Notes: a model not told the origin generated them from the letters alone. Numbered from the whole stretch's first letter, positions 1-13,165 are shown. The stretch: DNA of 63,064 nucleotides, filler included, from Hyphochytrium catenoides (GCA_900088475.1; 11 parts of 11 records of this genome joined end to end with filler, not necessarily neighbours in it); one strand, 5' to 3'. A program made the numbers and translations.

Positions 1-2382
1 GCCCGCGACAAGTGCAGGTTCTTCCAATCAGAGCTGAAGTTCTTGGGTTTTATCATTGGGGATGGGAAGGTGATGTCTGACCCAGCCAAGATCAAAGCGA
101 TGGTGGACTGGCCAACGCCCAACTCTGTGAAAGAGGTGAAGATGTTCCTCGGTTTAACAGGCTTTTATAGAAAAAAGTTTATCGCACGCTACTCAGAGAT
201 AGCACTCCCTCTCATTGATCTGACGACGGAAGAGTTCAGGAAAAACTTCAAGTGGACGGCGTCTGCTGACACAGCCTTCAAAGCCCTGAAGACTGCTATG
301 GTGAAGGCTCCAGTCTTGCTAATTCCAGACCCCAACGCCGAGTTCATTGTGGCCACGGATGCATCCGACTTCGCAATTGGAGGAGTGATTATGCAGGACT
401 TACGAGACGGTCCCCAACCAATAGCCTTTGCTTCAAGGAAGCTCCATCCTAACGAAGTAAACTATTCCGTGTATGACAAGGAGCTGCTGGCGATCACGTA
501 TTGCTTAGAGGAGTGGTCCCACCTTTTATCTTACAAGCACTTCCAGATGTGGACGGATCACCACTCTCTCACATTCCTCCTGTCTCAGTCGACGCTCAAT
601 CGCCGCCAAGCGAAGTGGTTAGACATTCTCCTCACTTACGATGTGACCCTGAAATATATTCCGGGAGCTCTCAACGTGGTAGCCGATGCCCTCAGTAGGA
701 GACCAGATCACTTAACAGCGCTAGAGCTTAACACTGCAGGAGTCACATACTCGGAAGCGGGTGTGAAGGTGGCAGACGACCTATGCGAACGGATCTTGAA
801 GGGTTACGAGCAGGACGAATACTTTAAGGAGCTTTGGACGGCGCTAAAGAACCCTGGAAGAAAAACTAAGGTCACCCCAGCCCGACTCAAGCGCTTCGCG
901 CTATGTCCTAACACGAGCTTAATTCTTGCCCTCCGAGAAGGAAGCGGAGCCGACAGGATTTGCATTCTCCGGGCAGACAAGGAGCTCGTCACTCAACTCT
1001 TGGTGGAAGCACACGACAACGTCTACGAATCACATTCTGGAATCAACGCGACACAAGAGAAGTTAATGCGCCTATTTTTTTGGCCCCGAATGGACACAGA
1101 CATTAAGCGCTTCATCAACTCTTGCATCGTCTGTGCGAGAACCAAGAGCAAGAACCGCAGACATGGGGTCATACATCCCATCAAGAGCCCGGCGAGCAAG
1201 TGGCACACGGTGTCGATCGATTTTATTGTGGACCTGCCCCGCACGGCAGAAGGGTTTGACGCTGTGATGGTAGTTGTTGACAAACTTACTAAACACGCGC
1301 ACTTCATTCCTTGCAGGAAGTCAATAACAGCCGAGCAGGCGGCGCTACTCTACCTCAAGGAAGTGGTGAAGCATCATGGTGTCCCACAAGTCATCATCTC
1401 AGACAGAGACAGCAAGTTCACGAGTGCATTCTGGACCGAGCTTCAGAAACAACGGTTAGGCACCTCTCTAGCCATGTCTACGTCACACAGCCCCCAGACT
1501 GATGGTCAGACGGAGATCGTGAATAAGGCAATGCTAATTGCCTTACGCTGCTATGTGGACTACAAGATGACGAACTGGGAACGCGACCTTCACCTCATCG
1601 AGTTTGCGTATAATAATAGCAGGAAGCACGCCGCCACTGGCTTCGCTCCCTTCTATTTGGCCTACGGCTACTTACCAGTGACACCTATGATGGCGGCATT
1701 CGCTGCCGTCACAACTAACTCTCACCAACAGGTAGAGAAGGATGGATTGCCCTCGGGCGTAGCAGACACGCTCGAAAACATCAGAGTATCACTCCTTGTC
1801 GCTCAGGACCGTCTGGATGCTAGCCAGGATTACATGGAGGCACTTCACAACCCGCACCGCACGGTTTTGCCATTCAAGGTGGGAGACAAGGTCATGTTAG
1901 CTACCGACTATAACCTGGACGAAGTGGATCGGCTTCGGCCCAAAACGAAGCTGCTGCCGCGGTACAGTGGACCCTACAAGGTGATAGCAGCTAAGGACTT
2001 TGATACATACACATTGGATTTGCCCCCGGCGATGGCGAGATAACACCCAGACTTCCATGTCAGCCTGTTGAAGCCCTATCACCCGAACCCGACAGAGTTT
2101 GCTTCTCGAACGCCTCCAGCCCCTTCTCCGGTAGTGGAACCTGCCACCCAAGCCCTAGTGTACGAGGCAGAAGAGCTGTTGGACATACGTCTCACTAGGA
2201 CCGGCGTCGAGTACCTGGTTAAATGGAAAGGCTTTGATTTGGCGGAGGCCTCTTGGGTGCCTGAATACGATGTAGGGAAACCATTGACAGATGCTTTCAA
2301 CGCCAAGTCGAAGAGCGCGACCACCACCCCACCGCCTCGGCGATCGACGAGAGCAAAACGGGGCACCAGACGGAGAGTCTAG
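1..2382 (+). mobile_element. pol: Ty3/Gypsy chromovirus pol (RT C-terminus, RNase H, integrase, chromodomain), 5'-truncated, with one in-frame stop at 2041-2043
   Basis: Frame is open from base 1 (ARDKCRFFQSELKFLG). Motifs: RT thumb FLGLTGFYR; RNase H ATDASDFAIGGV / YDKELLAI / TDHHSL / ADALSR; integrase HHCC (AHD..SHSG..CIVC) and DDE (SIDFI, ISDRD, QTEIVN); GPY. After the TAA the same frame gives HPDFHVSLLKPY and a chromodomain (YEAEELLDIR..EYLVKWKGFD..ASW). Confidence 0.96.
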
Positions 2383-2426
2383 GCGGCAGACACGATAGCC
2401 AGCTTTTTCACTGAGCCAAGATTTTC

Positions 2427-2671
2427 AAAGGGGAAGGGTGTTATATGTATATCTCCCCAGACGGCTGCTATCGCTCTGGACCCGACCGGTGTATGGGATG
2501 GGACCTCTTCTCTTGGAAAGCACTATCAGGAAGGGTAGTCCCGACTAGAGTCATCAACGAATGGCTCTGACGAAGGATGCACTCTCCCTTTTCCCTTTCT
2601 CCCCTCTTTCTCTTTGCATGTTACTAGGATAGCCTGTTGACTTTACTTCTCTTGCATGTTGCTCTTTTATC
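2427..2671 (+). mobile_element. Polypurine tract (2427-2438) and start of the 3' LTR (from 2439), cut by the contig end
   Basis: AAAGGGGAAGGG is immediately followed by TGTTATATGTATATCTCC downstream of the pol stop. The sequence matches the solo LTR at 6380-6862. Confidence 0.9.
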
Positions 2672-2770
2672 NNNNNNNNNNNNNNNNNNNNNNNNNNNNN
2701 NNNNNNNNNNNNNNNTTAATTAATTAANNNNNNNNNNNNNNNNNNNNNNNNNNNNNNNNNNNNNNNNNNN
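2672..2770. other. Artificial contig linker (N-TTAATTAATTAA-N). Others at ~4019-4118, 8079-8178, 34019-34118, 37669-37769, 42513-42612, 47233-47332, 53733-53832, 60397-60496, 61586-61684
   Basis: The same all-frame-stop 12-mer sits inside N runs ten times. Confidence 0.98.
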
Positions 2771-4018
2771 NAACCGTAAGGTAGCAGCCCGCATGAACTT
2801 CAAGCATGTCATCCCGGTCTCAGGACAGACTTACACTAGGAAGATAGACTACCAGGTGGCCATCCTTGTCTTCCTTTCACTTTCGTTTGTACTTCTCCTT
2901 TTCGCTCCTGCTCTATCTATCAGTCCTTGTTTGAGGTCCACGCATTTCAGCGGGCTGCTTTTTTCTGTTTTATCTATCGAGTCATCATGCCGTCCGTGAT
3001 CCTCCTCGGTTGCTACCCTTAGCGCTGAATTTCTCAGACCTTTACCTTGCTAAATAGTCTGCCTTCTTCACTTCTCACCATCTCACTGCATGTTGCTTCT
3101 ATGCATTGGCTCCCAGGTGCTATCCCTGCTTTCTGGAATTGCCCAGTCAGCGTATAAGCTGGCAGGTGCGTAGTGAACGACTCTTTCTCCGTTTGAGAGC
3201 CATTTCAGAGTTCCTCGTCAATGGAGCAGCTTAGCTACTCTGCCCTCCCCTTCAACAGCCATGATTGTCTCCTATCCTCTCCCTGCCTGTGTTATGTTCC
3301 GGTCCAGGTTTCCTAGAATAGGCGCTCAACCATCACACTGCTCTAACGGCCCACCTCGCTGCTCAATTCTATTGCTGTTACTGCCATACGACTTAATAGG
3401 TGACATCCGCCTCCTTGCTAGCATGAAAGAGGTAGAGGAACCTTTTGAGAAGAACCAGGTTGGAAGCTCTGCCATGGCTTACAAGCGCAACCCTATGCGA
3501 AGCGAGAGAATTTGCTCGCTTGCCCGCTATGTAATGAGCTTAGAGGGGAATGCAGCCCATACGCATGCCAACCAGTGGTTCGAGAGGACACTGGATGACT
3601 CTGCCAACAGGTATAGTAGCTAGTTTCCGTGCTTCGATCCTCTTAGGCTGCCATGTTATGACAGCGTGGCCCATGCTGCTTCCTCAAAGTTAGTGGTTGG
3701 CATCATATTATACCTTTCAACTGGATGGTACTGGTTAACCCTCTTTGTGCCGTGGATGTGAAGAAGCCGTCTATATCCCCAAAAATGTCTCTTCTTCTAC
3801 GCTTGCCTAGTGTTAGTCAAACGCTTGTGTTAATTGGCATTGTTGTGGGCAGCTGAACGAGTGTCTGCTGAGGCGCCGAGAATCGCTTTCAGAAGCTGGC
3901 CGCGTATTGTTGGTGAATTGACTCTGTTCTCCTTTGCAGGCGCATTGTTCTTCCTGAGGGCTTTCTGGCTACCGATGTCATCCTCAACCTTGTGAGCAAC
4001 GTTTGTGATGGGCTGCAA
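2771..4018 (+). CDS. ADSL: Adenylosuccinate lyase, internal fragment of 4 exons (~2771-2854, 3117-3166, 3400-3610, 3940-4018)
   Basis: Spliced translation gives [14 protein letters not shown] / [16 protein letters not shown] / [49 protein letters not shown] / [12 protein letters not shown]. Contains the fumarase/lyase GSSxMxxKxNP signature. Introns are GT-AG. Confidence 0.96.
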
Positions 4019-6379
4019 NNNNNNNNNNNNNNNNNNNNNNNNNNNNNNNNNNNNNNNNNNNNTTAATTAATTAANNNNNNNNNNNNNNNNNNNNNNNNNN
4101 NNNNNNNNNNNNNNNNNNTTCAGGAGAAGAGAAGACTTCATATCTCGAGTACCTCCCGGACCTTTCTTTTCCATTTTGAGGGAGGGATCGACGCTGCTGG
4201 GCCTGGGCTTGTGGCACTTTACTCCTATTATAAGCGGTAGTAGTATGATGGAGCCATACACAGAACACAGTTGAACTAATTTTGCCAAACGACGGAGAAA
4301 GTCTACGAGGTCTGAACGACCAGATTGTGGTAATAAGAGGGAGGTTGACGGAGATGAAAGCATCTAGTAGACCTATCCACTTCCATGAATTGCAGGCCGA
4401 AAAGCTCTACATTAAAGTGAGGTTGCTCCTGCTCCATCAGCTTGATATTCCTGAACTACTCATAAGAAGAAGAATAAGGACTCTCTTTGTCTCGAATCTA
4501 AAGGAGGCCAGTTCCAGCTGGAGCTCAGTCCACTTGTTCTCCATGCCGCTTTACTTGTACATACAGATAAATATTTATTTGTCTGGGACAAACAATTGTA
4601 CTCGATCTTTCACTCACCACTTGTATCGACATCAATATTTGTACATCTTTTCTCTCTGCTTCCTTGTAGATACAAATTATTTGTTCCCTAAACCAGGCTT
4701 CATATTTGTTCAATGCACAATTATTTGTATACGTTTCCTAGGGAGTCATTTATAAAAGACAAAAGATTTGTACATGATTCTTCCTACACCATTTGTAAAA
4801 TACAATTTATTTGTCCACGTTTTTCGCCCGACTATTTGTAAAGTACAAACCATTTATATGTCCATTTGTCCAATGTGTGAAAGCTTTCCTCTCACTCTTT
4901 CCCTCTTTCCGCTCCTTTTTACGGCCTTTTTCCTGGTCTCCCTTGCTTTACCGCTTTCCAATCTCTCCTCAACAAAGTCCTATGATTGTACAAACTGTGG
5001 TATCGCACCATCGTTTGAGCATCTGTTTTTCTACGTCGCCGAGGTGCTGAGGACAAAGCTGAGTAAGCCTTTTGCTGTACATATTCAGGCCAGGACTACT
5101 AGGGCGGGAAAACAGAAGAGATCACATCAGAACCTCGGATAGTGTTAGAGAGCCAAAGAAAGCGAGAGGATGAAACGTATGGCCTATTAGGGAGCACTCC
5201 GTGCCTTTCCCCACGATGCAATTTCGCTACCATTCCCCCGCGCTTTTTCTCATGTGCATCACAGGCTGCTGCAAAGTTGAGTGCCTCCCATTTTCAACTT
5301 TCATCATCATAGGTAGCCAAAGGTTCCAGGCGGCAGGCTAGGCTTGAGTCACCGCCAAGTTCGCTTTTTTTCATTAACAGCGGAAGCTTCAGACATCAAC
5401 AACATCTACCTCTGGTAAAAGTCATCATGCTTCTCTCCACTCTCTGCTCTCCCGTGCGTCTGTCTCTCTTCCTGCTCTTCTGATCTCTCTCTCTCTGGGC
5501 AGTGACAATCCCCTTACTTTCTTTTCTTCCTCAATTTCTCGCTGTACTTTGCACGCTCTCTCCTGTCCTCGTTCAAGCTCTCCAAACCCTTTTCGTCCTC
5601 AGGCATAAACCGTCATCTATCCTCTTCCTCTCGCGCGTGCTACTCTCCCAACCGCTTTCAAAATACCATCGCCTATGATTCCTAACCCAGCTCTGTCTCT
5701 TTCTATGGTAAATTGACATAGAGCCAAGCACGAGAAAATATGTCGGACTCTGGTTGCGTACCCTGGGAACTTTGATCAGGTAGAGTGACGATGTAGTAGA
5801 GAAGGAGAACAAAGATTTCTATTCTCAGGTTGACGACTCGCCTCCCATCGCCTTCACCATGACCCTTTCTCTCGTTGTGTCTTTGTCTGTCTTACTCTCT
5901 TTCTCGCTCTTTCCTTTCTCCTTTCCTTGCCTCCCAACTCTTCCTTCGGTCTTCCTTCTTCTTTTCCTCACTGCTGCCGCTTTCTACCTTCCTTAAATTT
6001 GTCTACCTCTACCCTTAATGAGAGCCTGTAATATGAAACCATCGCTTTCCACCTCACCACCTCTCACCAGGTGCCTCTCTTGCTTAAGATGCCGCTTTCT
6101 CTACCTTGCTTGATAAGCACCATAGTAGTCGTACGTCTCAATTACTTCCTTTACTCAAAAGTATCTCTCTAGCGGAGAGACTGTGGCGGAAACCTGGAGC
6201 TTCCTCTTTCTTCGTCTCCGCTTCAGCAGTCAGTTTTGGAGCGCAGAAAGGAAGACGAGAGATCAGGGACCAGAGAGAGAGAGAGGGAGAGACGCATAAA
6301 GAGAAACAACAGTAGATAGACAATGAAAAGAGGACTCAGTGAAGTAGATAGAGGAGCTTGGACAATGAAAGAGAGAGAC

Positions 6380-6862
6380 TGTAATAATTCGAATCTGATG
6401 CAGATCTCGAGAGAGTGAGAGAGAGAAGGTGCTCTGTCTGTACCTTGGCTGGCCAGGCCGCAGTTCAGACAAGCACCACGCAGAGGAAGACTTCGCGGGA
6501 ACACACGCAAGTAGCAAAGGGTCTTCTACTTCAGAAAGAGGTTTATTAACTGGCATATAGAGGGTATGAGGGAGTCTCCCTTGCGAGAGAGTCAGTCTAC
6601 CTGAGAATGCAAAGATAAAAGAGTAACATGCAAGAGAAGTAGTGTCAACAGGCTATTCTAATAACATGCAAAGAGAAAGAGAGAAGCAAAAGAAAAGGAA
6701 GAGAGCAACCTTCGTCAGAGCCATTCGTTGCTGACTCTAGTCGGGACTACCCGTCCTGAGTGTACTCTCAAAGAGAAGAGGTCACATCCCATACACCGTT
6801 CTATCCGTGTCCAGTGCGCAATCAAGTGCTTAGCAGCCGTCAGAGGAGATATACATATAACA
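6380..6862 (-). mobile_element. Solo LTR (483 bp) related to the contig-1 chromovirus, with 5-bp TSD GAGAC
   Basis: TG...CA ends. The reverse complement starts TGTTATATGTATATCTCC and shares GGTAGTCCCGACTAGAGTCA and AACGAATGGCTCTGACGAAGG with 2439-2671. GAGAC occurs at 6375-6379 and 6863-6867. Confidence 0.92.
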
Positions 6863-7514
6863 GAGACACAGAGAGAGGAGGACAAAGGGCTTATCGGTGG
6901 AGAAGAAGACCTTGAATCCTTCGGCACCGAGTAAGCAGAAAAGACACTAAGAAGAGAGAGAGTATGTCAATTGGCAGAGAGAGTCCGATAGAGCGGAGTC
7001 TTCTCCGTACAATCAAGGTAGCAGGTGACCTATCTGCTCCTGACAGCGGACTTATACGACGACATCGTTTTTGAAAGTTGCGTCATGGAACAACAAGAGC
7101 TTTTGCCTGGACCAGACCCAGCAGCGACGGCCATTGCTATGGTTGCCGCAGATCTTCGGCTGACTTCTGATTTCGTACATGCAGCCTCAGAATGGCTTAC
7201 TCTAATCAAGGTCAAATATCGGGGCTAGCGCTGGCATGCTATCGGGACGAGTTTTTGTATGTAGCGCTCCAGATGCCGGGACAGGGACTCGGGATGAGGT
7301 CACCGAGGTTAACGAGGCCGTTGAGTACTTTTGCCGACAATCTGAAGACACCATCGCAAAGAACTTTTATCTACGCACTCAGCTCCTTTTCCCTTCTTCT
7401 TCTCCTTCTTCTCTTTCCTCCTCCACCAGACTGGAGAGAGGAGAGAGAGTCAACAGAGAGAGAAGAGGAGGGAGATCTGGATGCTCAGCTTGCAATACTG
7501 AGGTGGAAAAAAAT

Positions 7515-8078
7515 CCAGCACCACAGTCCGATCAAGCAGACGATCGAGCTCAGTCAGACGCTAAAGCAGCAGGATTTAGAGCTTCGCAAAGCGCAGAATG
7601 AAGAGAGGGAGAGAAAAATGGATGGCGAAGATTGTTGAAATAGGAGGAACTTAGTAAGCCTCTGAAGGTAGACTTTTCTCTCGGTCCCTCTCTCTCTCTC
7701 TCTGACTCTCTCTCTCTTCCTTTCTTCTTACTGTCACTGTCTCTCTCTCTCTCCCTCCACCTTTACCTCTCTCTCTTTTCTGTCTCCTCTCTTATGCTAG
7801 ACACTTTCCCTTATCGTTTTCTCTCTCTCCTTCGGAATCTTTGCGACGTCCCTTCTTCCCTCTCTCTTTCTTCCTCTCGCCTAAAAGCCCTAACTTGTAT
7901 TCTTTTCCTGCCTATCCCTCTTCCTCTCTTGCTCTCCTCTCTTTTGCTCTCTCTTCTCCTCCTTCCTCCCTGCTTTTTCTCCTCCGCCCTCTCACGTCCT
8001 TCTTCCTTCTCTCCCTCTCTTTCTCTCACTCTTTCCTATCAGTCCTCTCGTTTCTCTTATTCTTTCTCTCGTTGTCTT
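7515..8078 (+). repeat. Dispersed repeat, copy 1 (exon-like segment + CT-rich intron-like segment); copy 2 at ~53836-54400
   Basis: Shared runs include CAGACGATCGAGCTCAGTCAGACGCT, GCGCAGAATGAAGAGAG, GCCTCTGAAGGTAGACTTTT and CTCGCCTAAAAGCCCTAACTT. Confidence 0.85.
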
Positions 8079-11000
8079 NNNNNNNNNNNNNNNNNNNNNN
8101 NNNNNNNNNNNNNNNNNNNNNNTTAATTAATTAANNNNNNNNNNNNNNNNNNNNNNNNNNNNNNNNNNNNNNNNNNNNCGGCGCTCCGCTGACGCCTGAT
8201 GGAGGGTCATTCTGAAGCTTCCGAAAATCTCTCATTAATCTTCGACGCGCTGCCGTTGACATTGTTCTATATGCGAGGCTAGTCTTTTACTCCGGTCCTA
8301 TTTCTAACAGATGGGTTGCGATGGGCCATACGGCGATGTAAAGAGAGGTAGGTGAGCGAGGAAAGGTTGCGTATCAGTAACGTTCTACAGCAAAGACTCA
8401 TGTCTGCAACCGAGATGGGAACGCACCTCAGTGGACAAGGAAAACTCAAGGACAGAGGTAGTGCTTTGCTACCCAGTACAGAAGGATGTTTAGCCACTCT
8501 CCACCAGCCGGCAATTGCAAAGTTGAGTTCTTCCCCGGCGAATCTTCACGTACAGAAGGCTGCAAGAAGTGGGAGTGGAAGTTAGGTCGTCAGGTCCTTT
8601 ACATAGAGCAAGCACACATTGTGGACGAAGCCGTCCCCTACCTCTTTCTGTCACTCAAGATCCTGATACCTATCCGCAATCGCCAATTCCTTCCTTTCCG
8701 CTAACGTCCTCGGAGCTTCTCTTCTTTCCACCTTCTAATTCGCAGTTCCATAGGCCTGAAGAGCTCTGCAAGCTCTCCGCATCCTCTGGGAGAGTTCTGC
8801 AGTCTTTGGGGACTTGCCAACAGGAGTGTTCTCACACCTTCCTTTATCGCCTGCGCCGCGCGGCAGAGTGGGTAAGGATAAGTTGCGATACAGAGTAATT
8901 AGAGCTACAAGAGGGATGAGTCCGATTAGGTGTATTGATAGGAATAAGCGTTAAAGAGCTAGATTTGGCAGTGAAGTAGAGTGAGGCGAGAGACGTAGAA
9001 GAGTTTCTCAAAGGGAAAAGAGCGGTTCATAGATGTACGATGTGGTGTTGTATAACGTGCTGGAGGACGCCAGAGGGAGAGCGCACCTCGATGAACTATT
9101 GACACTCATATCGCTATCTGTAGAGGGTAATGTGCGCTTTCCGTACCTGCGTACATTTACGAATCGTGTGTATGCACCAAGCCTTCGTTGTCTTCCCTCT
9201 CCCTCCTTACAAAATCTGGCTCTGAATCAATAGTCAGTTATCTTTAAGTTGTAGAGTTAAAGGTTATCACGAGAGACAGAGGGATCCTCGCGGAGCAAGC
9301 TCTATCATTCTATCATTCTTTGGCCTTGATGTTGAGACCTTTTGCGGAAGGATCGCGCTCTTCACTCTTCAATCCGATAGACACGTGCGTGGGCGCAGTG
9401 ATAGAGGAAGAGCAGCAGTGTGACGTGACAGAAGACTCATTGATGCCATCCGTCGGGCATCCGTCTGACCATCTCCGCGCTTGACGACTTCTGCGCCGCG
9501 GGGTGGCATGCACCAAACCTCTGTCCTCATCAGCGGTTGCCTCTTGAAGAGCAATTTGCCAAGCTGTTGGTTAGGTTAAGCGAAAGCTTTGTCTTTGCTT
9601 GCGATGGTGTCTCCGTCCCTCTACGCTGCATATACTCCTTTTGACTACATTCAGACGACACTAGTGGGAGAGAGATATGAGCGGCCTTCCTGCCGCCGGT
9701 TACATTGAAGAACATTAACCCTAAGCTTTGTATATGCTTCTCCTGCACTGAATAATAGTCTTCCTCCTTCTACGCTGCATTCTCTTTTGACCGAGGTGCT
9801 GTTGGTGATGCTCTCCATAGTCTTCGTCCCCAGACCGTCGATACTATCTATTGGTTAATGTGTCGCTCATAGTTGAGAACATCATCGTGCATAGTAAAGT
9901 GAGACTTCACCCGGGAGGCAACAAAGCCTCCAGGGAAGAGAGTCTCGACAAAAAGAGAGCGGGCACGGGGTCAATAAGGGCGACAATGGTTTATTCCCTC
10001 TGGCATCAGAGGCTCTTGTGAATGTTTACTATGGGGTTCTGCACGACGATAGATTGAGCTTGCTTAGCCGTTCTTACGCGCAAGCTATGTTCGAATCGGG
10101 TACACAGGTTATTGTTGGCTGACTTCACACAGCGTTAGGAGACGGTCGTGGCTCCAATGCTGCCAAGCTTTTAGAGGAAAATGGAAGAATACTTCGAACA
10201 ATCCTGCACTCAAGCTTTGAAGTGCATGGTCATTGAAGAAGGCTGTGTGAGCTGCTGATCTTACTACTGTCAAAGTGCCAACAGAAATAGACATAAGAAA
10301 AGTCATAGAAGGTAACAGGAGTAGCCTAAGTTTCCATTAGGGAGTTACCGACAAGGAGTGCTCGAAGCTCTTAACCTTTTTACAATTGGAAGTAAAGTGA
10401 GTGCCCTGTGGCTTGAGAGCAGAATGGCAGCGCCAAAACGTGACCTAAAGAGGCTTTTTGCACCATGCGAGAGGACGTCTCTGAATATAATAGGGACTGG
10501 CAGAGCCCATGATTCTCTGTTGCTGCTAGTCCTTTGGTCTGAGACTCTATCGCTTATTGCCGCGAAGGGAGGGGTGGTGGTTCCTTACTGCTTCATTTCA
10601 TTGCCCGTACTAACACGGTTTCAAATGCTCACTCATCTCGGCTTAGAGAGCTGCTTTACTTCGTCGGAGCAACTGTCCTACTGACTGTAGACGGTGTCTG
10701 TGAATATGAGCTGTTGTTCTTCGGCTGGCCTTTCTGTCTGTTGAATATCACTCTTTTATAATTCTGTCTCTTGCCCATCTCTCAATGCAGGAGTAGACCT
10801 GCCCAAATGGTGAAGTCAAACCTGTGCAGTCCAGCTACTTATGTTTTTGTCTCTTGCCCATCTCTCAGTGCAGGAGTAGACCTCTCCAATTGGCGATGTC
10901 AACGCTGTCCAGTCCAGCGGCATTTCCAATTCAGCCCACCAGGTGCCGTTCTGCAGCGATGTACTATGGGAGAGGAACACAATCCAGATCTCTCAGGAAG

Positions 11001-13165
11001 AAAGATGATGTCATCATCATGAGCAAGAGCAGATGGAGCTTTTGCTATTAAGGTATGACCACCTATAAGCGTGCAAGACCACTGAGGATGCTAATAGTCA
11101 TATTGTAGCATTGAAGACAAGTTTGGTCAATGAGGTACAAATGATGCCATCAGCCCATTCTCTCGTCCTTCGCAAGCAGGGACGCGAAGTGGCCAAGCAT
11201 TATCAACGTATGTCGCGTTCACCAATGATGATGTCTGCAGCAGGATCGTTTTTGCGGCGTCATCACTTGTGGTGACGGCTACCTTGCTGTCTGCTATCGA
11301 TGCTGGTGGTGCTCTTCGAAGAGGACAGACGAGGAACAGAGGAAGAGAGAGAGCAAGGCAAAGAGCACCAAGAGGAAAAATAATGAGAGAGAGAGAGAGA
11401 GAGGGAAGGGGAGAGCAAGCAAGAGAAAGAGAGAGAGCGAAGAAGAGACAGAGAGAGAGAGACTAGAAGAGACAGAGAGAGAGAGAAGAAGAGACAGAGA
11501 GAGTCAGAGAGAGAGACAGAGGAGAGAGAAGCGCAGAGAGCGAGGAGAGAAGAAGGAGGAGAGTGGTCGACCTAAGAAGAGCCCTGAGTTGAGGCTGCGG
11601 CCTCCAACGTCTCCTCAGACCAGAAGTGCATCTTCCCCTCCTGTGAGTAGTAAGTGGGTTTTACTGGTCATGGTATTTCTTGTGTGATGCTTTGTTTAGA
11701 AGGGTCACACGCATTTAGTTTAAAGTACAATCTCAGTCATAATTAGCAAGGTGTGGCGCCCTAGGCAAATGGGACAGCTGCAATCCTATCATTGCCTTTA
11801 TGTGTGAGAAACAGTTACTACCCGAGTCTGTGGAGTTTGAAAGCCGAAAGTGGTCAAGGAGGCAGTTACTCCGCCGGTAAATACCGCTGCTAAAGATAAC
11901 TCCCATTCTAAGTCCTGAGACATTAACCCGTGGTTTTCTATAGAAGCTCGAGGAATAACGTGACATGTTTTCCCATCAGCTCCCTGCTGGATCTCCCAGT
12001 GATTGCACTGCTAGCGCGACCTCTCTCTAAGCGCGGCGGGGGATGATGGACGATCGCGGATTAGCGGCAATTTCTCCTGCCAAAGCGCTACAAATGTGCG
12101 GGCTGCATAGCGAGTTTGTCTCCCGAAAGGTCTGCTCCACGCTATGGCAATGGACGGCAATCCTACTCGACCCACCACATTGAGCTATGGGAGCTCTCAG
12201 TGGCTTCACTCCTGTCCAGTGCATATGGATACCTGTCACACTACTGCTGGACAAGAGGATATAGAATCGGTCCTCGCTGCCTAGACGCAAGACAAGTCTT
12301 TCTTTCGTGCCTCTACTGACTACATGATTCTTCTAACTTTGTTCGCTTATAATCGCTCCACTAATCACCATCCGGAGTTGACGTAATGGTGAGCATACTC
12401 CCTCTTGTATGGCAACCGGTCCGCCTGACCCTTCTCTCGCTAGGTGGAGCTTGACTCAACAAAGAGTCGCAGAAGCGGACAACCAACAACAAACAATTAT
12501 CGACCTGCTGGCCACCCAAGGAGTAGTGGGGCAACTATGTAACTTTCTTGTCTTTGTAGCTCTGCTCGCTTGAGCTCCTGTCATCAAGGCTACGTCACCT
12601 ATATAGAGAAGGTGCATCAGGAAGTTGCTCCTATCTTTCTATTCTAAAATTTGTTAGTCGTCAATAAGCGGGCCCAAGCAGGGAAAGATCCATCTTAGAG
12701 ATGCACTAGCGCTGTCCATCGCGAGGAGACAAATAGTAGCATAGCCCCTTGTAGTGCATCTCGTTCGCTATGTGTGACACGGATAGATTCGCGTTGAAGC
12801 ACTCCTTCGAGCCTAGGAGTCAAATTACCTGGAAAGCATATAGATTGGCTCCCTTCGTAGAGGGTAGAAGCCTACTTCGTAGGCTGTCCAGCGCCATAAC
12901 TTTTCCATGGCTATCACGGACGTTATGGACTCTCTCGCTGTAGTCTCGTCTTCTCGTCGCGGTCAGACGCTCATTGCCGCGGACTTAACTGACGCCAGAT
13001 CATAGCTCCCAGTCCTTCTCATTACTCAATTTTCCATCTTGGACAGAAGCCCCAGCTAGCAACCTAGTGACCGAGCCTCTGTTTATTTTGTAGACCCTAA
13101 GGTCATCTAGAGCCCATAAAGCTAGAGACCTAGAGCATTCCCGCGGCCCCACCTTCCAGACCAAC

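Noticed and set aside
2716-2727. Recurrent TTAATTAATTAA palindrome as a biological motif
   Set aside because: Always embedded in N runs; an artificial contig linker.
6027-6379. Longer solo-LTR boundary at TGTAATATG (6027)
   Set aside because: No matching TSD. The boundary at 6380 gives a perfect GAGAC duplication.
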